Assembly (NCBI GenBank): GCA_002269645.1 | Contig: NIVC01000337.1 | Coordinates: 248,001 to 312,000, forward strand | Length of the DNA: 64,000 bases | DNA from: Macrostomum lignano | Lineage: Eukaryota | Direction of reading: 5' to 3' | Part shown: positions 52,958-64,000 of the stretch, one piece after another | Numbering within the stretch: the stretch's first letter is position 1 | How the letters are laid out: every line of letters starts with the position of its first letter | Notes under the pieces: model-generated | Databases searched by the model: none | Told to the model about the DNA's origin: nothing | Seen by the model: only the letters and a program-made list of their open reading frames with translations | Made by a program: the position numbers and the translations under genes

Positions 52958-54751
52958 GGTAAGGGGAGGGCGGAATAGAGGGGAAAGCAGGAGGCGAGGG
53001 CGGAAGGAGGGGGCGGAAGGAGGGGCGGAAGGAGGGGCGGAAGGAGGGGGCAGAAGGAAGGGGTGAAAGGAGGGGGTGAAAGGAGGGGGGCGGAAGAGGG
53101 GGGGGAAGGGGGCGGAAGGAGGGGGGAAGGAGGTGGTGGAAGGAGGGGGCGGAAGGAGGGGGGCGGAAGGAGCGGGCGGAAGGGGGGGCGGAAGGAGGGG
53201 CGGAAGGAGGGGGAACAAGAAAGAGCTGATGAAGGAGAGGGCCTAAGCTCAATCCCCAATGGACTCTCGTGCTCCCCTCGCCACCATTGCAGACTACTGC
53301 CGCAGCAGCAGAGACGCCCCAGCTGCTGTCAGTCTCAGTTTTCTGCTCCAAAGCAGCAGCAACGCCGGAGCTGCTGAGAGCCGTAGTGGTCAGAATTGAC
53401 ACTGCAGCAATGCCGAACACTTGAACTCTCTGTGCAAAACTAACATTGACAAACTCAAGCCTCGCGAGTGGCATGTTGTAAATAAATTCATGTATAATTT
53501 TTGTCTCGCTAATTAAAAGATCCCCTGTTTCTTTCTCCGGGTTCGAGTTAGCAGGCGCATGCGGTCTGGGAACTGGGCAGCGATGAAGCTGAGGAGGCTG
53601 GGGAGTTCAGACTGACGGATGCTGGGAGGCTGGGGCCTGTCAGGACTGACTGAGGCCCGGCAGCTGATGGAAATTCAAGACCTGCCGAAGGCGGAGAGTC
53701 GCAAAACTGAAGCCCGCGTTCCAGGGATCGAGTCAAGACTGCTTACATGGAAATGATGACTCATCCAAAATATACTGGTGTCTGGATATTTTCTTTGCTT
53801 TCATTTGGCAACAATGCAATAAGCTTAAATTGGCGTTCTTTACCGGCTTCCTACTCATTTATAAGAAACTTAGGTGTAGCGTCCTGGCACCTGTAATAAA
53901 TTGTAAATGCCTAACGATAAATAAAGTTAGGGGCCGCTGTGCACTCCTGTGTGAGTGTGTGCCTGTGCGTATGACTGCGTACGTATATGCGCGCTTGTGT
54001 GCATGCTCAGGTGAGTCGGCGGAATGGGCAGTAATGCCTCTCGCCGGTTGTGTGACAATGTCGCTGTCAAAATCTCCTCCCAGATTCTATCACCCAGAGC
54101 TCCTTGATTCGATAAAAAATACTTGTTACTTGCCTGTTCGCAGTCTTCAGCCAGGCTGTCAGAAGACAAAGACCTGCACGCCAGCTTTCGTTACACTGTG
54201 GGCGCGGATTTCTCACCCCCCGTCAGCCACTCCGTTCACACGCCAGCCCCACAATGTTCCCTCATAAATTTCTGCAAACAAAAAAGTCGACTTTCACCAA
54301 CCCGAGCTCGCGCCCCGAGAGCTCATCTGTTGCAGTTGCTAAGTGCTGCTGCCCCGAGCACTTCACACTCCATCCCCACTGCCAAACAGGAAACATAGCA
54401 ACTCAATTAACGGCTCGAGATGGAGACGAGGAAAGGCTGGAGGCTCCGGGGAAGAACGGTAGGCAGGCACTCGAGAGGCCTTTTGTAGACCACTTCACAG
54501 TGCGCGTCTCTGGGCCCGCCCCTATCTGTCTCGCCTCGCCTCTCTCAGTCAGCGCCGACTCTGGAGTGACGTCAGCATCATCAGTGTTTCCCCCTTCTTA
54601 TTTACCTGTCTTTGTGCTCGGTTGGCTGTTGCCGTTTAAATAATCTACGATTAAACAATTAAATTACTCGTAGAAGGCGGTGTGAATGTAGCCAATGCTC
54701 TACTTTGGCTTCAAGGCTGTCTAGACAGAAATAGTTACAACTTTTAGTCTC

Positions 54752-55522
<771 letters not shown>

Positions 55523-56904
55523 GTCGGCACGCAGCTGCAGCAGCTGGCGAGAGACCTGAGCTGACGCCAATACAGGCTAAGAAAACACAGTTACACTCAC
55601 AGAGTCTCGCGAGCCCCCAACAGAAAGCTGATTCCGCAACACGGCCCAGCATTCTGTTACAAAAGCAAATGGCGTCGCAGTGTTTGTTTAGCCCCCCTCC
55701 CCCTATATGCAGTTTCTGTCCCTCTGTCCGCAATACCGCGGTGAGTTGCGTCAGCAGTTCCCCAGCGCTCATACGGCACTGCGCATTATCAGTAAACCGG
55801 CCAGAGTATCGAGTTGCACGGAGAAAAACATTCACCGCAATTTCGGACACGACAATCCCGAGACTCAGTTAGAGACAGAATTGCAGAGGCGGTGGCTTGG
55901 AAATCTGACTCCAGCCTCCTGCCTGACTGCCTGAAAGTCGCCCCACTGAGCTGGCAGGCCCGGGACCTTCTCTGCAGGTGCGAATGCAGTTGCGCAACCG
56001 TGCATTAACGAAGTCAAACCAGCCTGCAAACATTCGGTTAAAGTTGGCAAACAAGCCAGGTGGGGCAGGTGTTGCACCTGCGTGTCCCGTTGGCAAATAT
56101 TTTCTCTGAATTGCCTGCATCATGTTTTAATAAGAGGCCAGGGCAGGTGAGAGAAGAGAGAAGGAGAGATGGGAGAAGAGAAGAGAAAGGGGAGAGGGTA
56201 GAGGAGAGAGGGGAGAGGGTGAGAGGAGAAAGGGGAGAGGGGGAGAGGAGAGAGGGGACAATGGGAGAGGAGAGAGGGGAGAGGGGGAGAGGAGAGAGGG
56301 GACAATGGGAGAGGAGAGAGGGGAGAGGGGGAGAGGAGAGAGGGGAGAAAGGGAGAGGAGAGAGGGGAGAATGGGAGAGGAGAGAGTTCAGAGAAGTAGA
56401 CAGTGCAGTTAGAACAGAGAGAACAGCAGAGAAGAGCGCGAGCGCAGTTCATAAACCAGCAAGAAAAAGCAGGATACAAGAAATTATTTACACAAATCCC
56501 GAAACACTGGATGGCCTATTGGCATTAGGAATCTGCAAAATGGCAAGTAAAAATCTAAAAATTCTATTTTTAGCCTAATTTTTTAGAGCATAGCATACTC
56601 GTTTGATTGATAGATTTCGGCCATAGACAGCAACTAAAACTACCGGTAAACTGCAGCATATAAGCCCGCAGATTTCACTATTGCAATTAATAGCCATCAG
56701 AAATTTAGTCTCTGCATTCTCTACGCGAGTCACAGGCAGATCTGAAATAACTGTCACCAACATTCCTTACCCCTCATCGAAGTTTGAGCCACAGACAAAA
56801 GCAGAATGTATAAGCAGAAATCCCAGCAGCCAGAATGCGGCCGTTAGCGCAGTCTCAACTGCAGCAGCAGACCCTCAGCCAGCCCTAAGCAGACACCGCA
56901 GGCC

Positions 56905-57318
56905 ATGCCTACAGTTGCAAACAACGGCGAGATCCACAAGCCGTGGATCAGCTTCAACTTTGAGAACAGCATCAGCGTCATCCACGAGGGCCTGCCGGGC
57001 ATCCCCAGCCGCTACCGCATCCGCCTGCGCATGGATCAGGGCTACAAGCTGGCAGACCTGCGATGCACCTGGCACACGCCAGCAGCTGACAAGCAGCAGC
57101 AACAGCAGCGGCTTCTGAAGCTCTCAGCCTCCGCCAGGAACGTGGCCAGCAACAAGGCAGTGAAGGCCAACAAGAGCTTCGAAATTCTGGTGGAGCCGAT
57201 GTGCCACGTGGCGCCGGGCGTGAACCCCACCTTGACAACTCAGCCGAGCAAGGAGGAGTGCTGGATCGAGTTCAATGTGGACTCGCTGCCCAAGGACCTA
57301 CCCCTGGCCAAGGCCTGA
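56905..57318 (+). CDS. Hypothetical 137-aa protein (or last exon of a gene)
   Basis: Non-repetitive ORF with strong C/G third-position bias like the bona fide exons. No family recognised. Confidence 0.5.
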   Translation: MPTVANNGEIHKPWISFNFENSISVIHEGLPGIPSRYRIRLRMDQGYKLADLRCTWHTPAADKQQQQQRLLKLSASARNVASNKAVKANKSFEILVEPMCHVAPGVNPTLTTQPSKEECWIEFNVDSLPKDLPLAKA

Positions 57319-57875
57319 GAGACAGCTTCGCTTCCAGTTTGAGGCATTTTTCCCATCTTTATTGCCAAAAAAGTCCCCATTGAAAAGCCGCACCATTTTG
57401 CGTTTGCCGCGCAGACCAGGAGAGCACTCAGAAATAAACTCAGCCTCCATTTTTAGTTCCGATTCCAGCGACTCCCGGAGCCGCTGACATTTTTCAGTGC
57501 GTAAATTCTGTACTTTTAAACCAACCCAGGTTAACGCTGGCCTTTCATATTGCTTTCTTATTCAATAGCAAATGCTCATCACACTACTTAGCAGTAATTA
57601 ACAGTAGTAGGACTGACTGAAAACCTGCCCTTTCTGAGTGAGGGGGGGGGTTGATTGACTGTCTGGATGGTCTTCAAGGTAGTTGCATGAGATGAAGCTT
57701 CAGGGGTGGAAGCTCTCTGTAAATCGGTAAGACCAAAAGTTGCAGGGTAATCGCACTGTAATTATAGTTAGCAGGGTTGTTGGAGCCCCCCTCCCCCCAA
57801 TACTTGGCAATCTCTCTGCTCTCGTTCTGTCTAAAAAATTGTATAATAATTAGCCTTTCGGACAGACAAAACTTC

Positions 57876-57949
57876 TGGTCGGGGAGGGGCTCGAACCCTC
57901 GACCTTCGCGTTATCAGCACGACGCTCTAACCAACTGAGCTACACGACC
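57876..57949 (-). tRNA. tRNA-Ile, anticodon GAT (eukaryotic body)
   Basis: GGTCGTGTAGCTCAGTTGGTTAGAGCGTCGTGCT-GAT-AACGCGAAGGTCGAGGGTTCGAGCCCCTCCCCGACCA folds as a cloverleaf. D and T stems are perfect, the anticodon stem has one G-U, and there is one T:C mismatch in the acceptor stem. A and B boxes present; TTTT a few nt downstream. Confidence 0.9.
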
Positions 57950-58184
57950 TCGAGAGCCGCCGGTGACTCAACTGCAACTCATAGCGGCCCGCCCGTTATC
58001 TTATCAGTAAAGAATTCTCGTACTCTCTCAATTGGGCTCCGTTGGCAGTATTGCTAAAAACTAATTTTATTTAGACTTAGAATTCTGTAAGTCAGTGCAA
58101 ATCAACAATTAGTAACTGGGTAATTCGAACTTTTTCATTGCTGCTCCAGGATTTGGCGGCTTCACCAAAGCCCGAGGCGGCCGG

Positions 58185-61100
58185 TCACGGGCTGGCGCTG
58201 CTGGCATCCGCGGTGACGATTCGCAGGAGGGCAGCGGCTCCCCCCTGGGCAGCCTGGCAGCTGCACTGGCCGAATATCGCGCCTCTATAGTCGTGGCACT
58301 TGAAACTGTCCGGGCTGTTCTTGCTGTGGCAGCGGTTCTGCACTCCGGCGCAGTCTGTTGAGGAGATGTTTAGAAATGAGCTGTTCCGGTCTCTCTTTCT
58401 AAGAAATGCCAAGGGAATTAGAGTTGCATCACAGTAAAGCAAAGCAAAACGCCTCACCTTGAGCAGTGGGCTTGAACACTTCCGTCTGCGAGGTTGGCCG
58501 CTTGCAGACGAAGGTGGCGCACTCGGACTTCCAAGTCTCACCCTCGTAGTACTGGTTGCCGTTGATGGGGTCGGTGCAGATCACCTCTGCGGGGTTGCGG
58601 GATTCAGTTGAAATGCGATGCCACCGATGATGCGATGTGGAAATGAAACAAAGACCAAGTCAGTCATTGTGCGATATCTGTCTGCAAGAGAGATGCAAAA
58701 TATTCTAGATATCTGCTGATGCCAACTCTTTAGCTGATGTCAGCTGCTCCGATTCGTTAGGTCCGTAGCTCCTGCACACTCTGCAACCTGTGAGGTGGGC
58801 CTCGCGGGTATGACTCTCAACAGCACAAATCCGATTTACTCGCACGAAAATAAAACAAAGATTTTTTAGAATTGATGCTTAAAATTCTCAAAATGCTTAG
58901 ATGACGTTATGAGCACGCTGACTCTCGTCTGAAATCATTTTGTCCGGGATGCTATCGAAACACCATCGATTTGAGAGTCGGACACTACCTCTCAGCAACT
59001 CGCTCCCCTTTCAATGCACTCACTGCAAGGCGAGATGGTGCGCGACACAATCTTCTTGTCGCAGCGGCCCTGAGCATCGAACTCGTACTTGATCTCAGTC
59101 ACCTTCTGCAGGCTGTTGAAGCAAGTCGACACCACCCGCTTGGGCGGCAGGTCGCACAGGCTCGGATCTGGCGGGGTGATGCTCTCGCAGGTCTCCTCCG
59201 AGATCTTGGCGGCCCAGTCCATCAGCTTGTTGAAGTCCGTAGCGTAGAAGAGGTGGTCGGAGAGCGGCGGGGTCGCGATAGCCTGCAGCTCCTCTCTGGG
59301 AAGAATGGGATTTGAGATTTAGAAGCAATATGCCTTCTGCTTGGTTCTGAACTCGTTCCTTTCTGGACCATCTCTAAGATTCGAACCTGGGCCTACAAAT
59401 ACAAGCATCGGCCCTGCAGACTGTCTGCTGTTAGATGCATACTTGGCTGTCAGCAGGACAACATGATAGGGAAGTTTCCTTCTCATTCACATATCGTAAT
59501 CTCACCTCTTCAGGTCGTTTCCTACGCCGATCACGATGATGCTGACCCCGGCGCTCTCCAGCTTGGCCGCCTCGCTGATGGCATTGGCCCCGCGGTTGCT
59601 CTCGCCGTCCGTCATGAGGATGACCGTCCTGGACACGCCCGGCCGCGCTCGCTTGGCAATCTCTGTTCGCGCCATGGCGAGGGCGTCGCCTGTGTTCGTC
59701 CACTGGTTGATGCGGCGTCTCAGCCTCTTAATCTCCATGAGCAGCAGGCCGGGTATGGTGTACTGTGAGCCCAGCAGGATGTCATTCCAGACCTCGGTGC
59801 CGAAGACAGTGACACCAATCTGCATCGCCTTGGGGCCGATGTTCATGTTGCTAACCATGCGGTGGACGAAATTCACCTGCAGCTTCCAGTTCTCGTCGCT
59901 GATGGATCCGGAGCTGTCCAGAAGGAACATGATCTCGGCCACTGGCTCCTTGCACTTCTCGATGGCGTCTGGAATGCGGCAACAGATAGTGAGGTCGATG
60001 CGTGAACTTCGCAGAGGATGCACAGGTTAAAAGTTTAAAAGGCGAAAACTCACTGCAGTCAGTCTCTTGAACGGACCGTCGGAGGACGCACTTCTGCTGC
60101 TTGAGGTCATAGTCCTCCCAGGTGGTGACAATCTTGCGAACGCCGTTCACGCAGTCCTCAACCTTGACGTCAACGTCCTTGCACAGGTGTGAGTCACCTG
60201 GTGAGTTTAGATTGTAAATCAAGACTTATTAGCCTTTAATACGAAAAGCAATGTAGCTTGTAAAATTAAACTTGACTCACCGCAGTACTTGTACTCGTAC
60301 GTGATGGTCTTCTCGCACCGGCTCAACGCCTTGTTCTGCGTTCTCTTGACGTTCACGATTCGCTGGGTGCCGCTGAAGCACTGGCCGGGGAAGCTCTCCT
60401 CGCCGAGGTCGTCGCAGCGCACCCTGCAGATGTCCTTCACCAGGTTGTCCACCAGGGCCTTGAGCGCTTCAAAGTCGTTGATCATGGAGTAGTCATCTGA
60501 GCCGGCTATGGCCACCAGGTCGTCTCTGAAGTGAACAATGGGCCACTGTTTATCATGCTGCCAGGTGGCAAGTATTTCCTTGTAGAAAAGCAAAATTGGT
60601 ATGATCAAGATGTTCCACTTTCACAGCTTGTTCATTTTGAACAATAAAATTGGTAATATATGTGTATGCTTCTATCCACCGTTGCTATGTTGCTATCCAC
60701 AGTTGCTATGCTGCTAACTAAATTTGCTATGCTGCTATCCACCGTTGCTATGCTGCTATCCACAGTTGCTATGCTGCTATCCACCGTTGCTATGCTGCTA
60801 TCCACAGTTGCTATGCTGCTATTCACCGTTGCTATGCTGCTAACTACAGTTGATATGCTGCCATCCACCGTTGCTATGCTGCTAATCCACAGTTGCTATG
60901 CTGCCATCCACCGTTGCTATGCTGCTAACTACAGTTGATATGCTGCTATTCACCGTTGCTATGCTGCTAACTACAGTTGATATGCTGCTATTCACCGTTG
61001 CTATGCTGCTAACTACAGTTGATATGCTGCCATCCACCGTTGCTATGCTGCTAACTACAGTTGATATGCTGCTATTCACCGTTGCTATGCTTCTATCCAC

Positions 61101-63343
61101 CGTTGCTATGCTGTTATCCACTGTTGCTATGCTCACTTCAGCCAGATGTCGCCAATGCCGATGGCGTGAATGCGGACTCCGTTGTTGCGCAGCTCCTCGG
61201 ACTCGGAGTGAATCATCGCCAGAGCCTCCTGTCTGCCGCCTGGGTAGTTCGCCCGGCCATCCGTCACCACCACCAGCATCTTGGAGGCACTCGGACGCGA
61301 CTTGGGAAACACGGTGCGACGCGCCGTCTGCATGGCGGCGCCAGTGGCGGTGAAGCCGCGGTAGAATGGGATGGTGTCCACTCCAGCCTTGAAGCTCTGC
61401 ACGTCTGTGGCGTCGCCGAGGTCGATCTCAACCTGAATGAACAGACACATTGGGACAGACACATTGGGACAGACACATTGGGAGAGACACATTGGGAGAG
61501 ACACATTGGGATAGTCACATTGGGGCAGACGCATTGGGACAGACACATTGGGACAGACACACTGGGACAGTCAGATGGGACAGACACATTGGGACAGACA
61601 CATTGGGACAGTCACATTGGGACAGACACATTGGGACAGACACATTGGGACAGACACATTGGGACAGACACATTGGGACAGACACATTGGGACAGACACA
61701 TTGGGACAGACACATTGGGACAGACACATTGGGACAGACACATTGGGACAGACACATTGGGACAGACACATTGGGACAGACACATTGGGACAGACACATT
61801 GGGACAGACACATTGGGACAGACACATTGGGACAGACACATTGGGACAGACACATTGGGACAGACACATTGGGACAGACACATTGGGACAGACGCATTGG
61901 GACAGACGCATTGGGACAGACACATTGGGACAGACACATTGGGACAGACACATTGGGACAGACACATTGGGACAGACACATTGGGACAGACACATTGGGA
62001 CAGACACATTGGGACAGACACATTGGGACAGACACATTGGGACAGACACATTGGGACAGACACATTGGGACAGACACATTGGGACAGACACATTGGGACA
62101 GACACATTGGGACAGACACATTGGGACAGACACATTGGGACAGACACATTGGGACAGACGCATTGGGACAGACACATTGGGACAGACACATTGGGACAGA
62201 CACATTGGGACAGACACATTGGGACAGACACATTGGGACAGACACATTGGGACAGACACATTGGGACAGACACATTGGGACAGACACATTGGGACAGACA
62301 CATTGGGACAGACACATTGGGACAGACACATTGGGACAGACACATTGGGACAGACACATTGGGACAGACACATTGGGACAGACACATTGGGACAGACACA
62401 TTGGGACAGACACATTGGGACAGACACATTGGGACAGACACATTGGGACAGACACATTGGGACAGACACATTGGGACAGACACATTGGGACAGACACATT
62501 GGGACAGACACATTGGGACAGTCACATTGGGACAGTCACATTGGGACAGACACATTGGGACAGACACATTGGGACAGACACATTGGGACAGACACATTGG
62601 GACAGACACATTGGGACAGACACATTGGGACAGACACATTGGGACAGACACATTGGGACAGACACATTGGGACAGACACATTGGGACAGACACATTGGGA
62701 CAGACACATTGGGACAGACACATTGGGACAGACACATTGGGACAGTCACATTGGGACAGACACATTGGGACAGACACATTGGGACAGACACATTGGGACA
62801 GACACATTGGGACAGACACATTGGGACAGACACATTGGGACAGACACATTGGGACAGACACATTGGGACAGACACATTGGGACAGACACATTGGGACAGA
62901 CACATTGGGACAGACACATTGGGACAGTCACATTGGGACAGACACATTGGGACAGACACATTGGGACAGACACATTGGGACAGACACATTGGGACAGAGA
63001 CATTGGGACAGACACATTGGGATAGTCACATTGGGACAGACACATTGGGACAGACACATTGGGACAGGCTTCTCACCTTGACATTGGTGGAGAAGCTGAT
63101 GACGGCCGGCCTTGTTGCGGTCTCAGCAATCGGCAGGTGCTCGGCCATCGCCTGCAGGAATTTCTTCAAGTTGGCGAAGTCAGTCCGGGTCAGCGAGGAG
63201 GACACGTCGATGGCGAAGACGATCTCCAGCGGGCTGGGCTTGCAGGTCACGGAGCCGGCGGCCACCGGCTGCGGCGGGCAGACGGCGAGCAGGATGGCAA
63301 CAGCAGCCACCAGAGCGGCCAGGGCGTAACGACTTGTTGCCAT
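58185..63343 (-). CDS. Secreted protein with two VWA domains and Cys-rich modules; complete 8-exon model
   Basis: Exons 63343-63077, 61432-61137, 60525-60281, 60197-60054, 59968-59506, 59295-59024, 58586-58458, 58354-58185. All junctions are GT-AG and phase-consistent (0,2,1,1,2,1,1). Signal peptide [25 protein letters not shown]1 DVSSS/TATG/VTDG and VWA2 DSSGS/TNTG/MTDG (MIDAS residues intact). Confidence 0.9.
60660..61131. repeat. 21-bp minisatellite (CCACCGTTGCTATGCTGCTAT)n in VWA intron 2, starting about 6 nt after GTGAG on the minus strand
   Basis: Direct inspection. Confidence 0.92.
61441..63066. repeat. 14-bp minisatellite (GACAGACACATTGG)n filling VWA intron 1
   Basis: Direct inspection. 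Confidence 0.97.
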
Positions 63344-63764
63344 GCTGTTGCTAGGCGGTAGCTTTGAGGGTAGGTTGATTTTTTAGGTGAGATTTCTTCA
63401 TACTCTTATAGAGAAATTTAGTTCTAATCTGAATCCAATACACCCACAGACTCGCTGTCAATGGCAACGATATCTGCATGCAGGTTTGACCCTGGGGGTC
63501 GCTGGCAGATATGGAGAATCAATGGGGGCCCGCTATCGAAAAATTTTTGGCTTTTTTTGGCTTCTGAAACGAATTAAAAAATCGTTATAGACAAATCTTT
63601 CAAAACAGTGCAGAAAAACTGAAATTTAATCTAAAACTTACTAACCCAGACAGGTTGACCTGTAGTTTGTACTTTCCGGGAGCATTTTGACTTTTAAATC
63701 CCAATATTAGTTTAACTGCGTGAATAATTTTTCAAATCAGTTTCATTTGTCTTTAGTATATCAA

Positions 63765-64000
63765 TTTGACTGTCACCAATTTGACTGTCACCAATTTGAC
63801 TGTCACCAATTTGACTGTCACCAATTTGACTGTCACCAATTTGATTGTCACCAATTTGACTGTCACCGATTTGACTGTCACCAATTTGACTGTCACCAAT
63901 TTGACTGTCCCCAATTTGATTGTCACCGATTTGACTGTCACCAATTTGACTGTCACCAATTTGAGTGTCACCAATTTGAGTGTCACCAATTTAACTGTCA
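63765..64000. repeat. 15-bp minisatellite (TTTGACTGTCACCAA)n, runs off the window end
   Basis: Direct inspection. Confidence 0.92.

Overview
Eukaryotic (metazoan) genomic DNA, roughly half of it micro- and minisatellite. GC-rich coding exons among dense 9-35 bp tandem arrays suggest a free-living flatworm such as Macrostomum, but this is an inference from sequence style, not an identification. Almost all long ORFs in the supplied track are translations of tandem repeats. Four genes can be reconstructed with phase-consistent GT-AG junctions: (1) exon 1 of a heparan-sulfate 3-O-sulfotransferase (minus, 779-1002); (2) a 3-exon divergent synaptotagmin-like gene (plus, 5992-8282); (3) a 7-cadherin-repeat protocadherin (plus, 37739 to probably 51106); (4) a complete 8-exon secreted protein with two VWA domains and Cys-rich modules (minus, 58185-63343). 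Also present: a 5'-truncated LOA/R1-type LINE (APE-RT-RNase H-CCHC) with a 16-bp TSD inside a minisatellite, a CORE-like tRNA-derived SINE within telomere-like repeats, and a eukaryotic-type tRNA-Ile gene with the unusual anticodon GAU. The most striking pattern is that minisatellites are anchored on splice junctions. Several arrays start at, or within about 15 nt of, a 5' splice site. In three cases the repeat unit is the splice junction itself, giving roughly 15-25 tandem donor copies; one of these three junctions belongs to a gene that is only putative.
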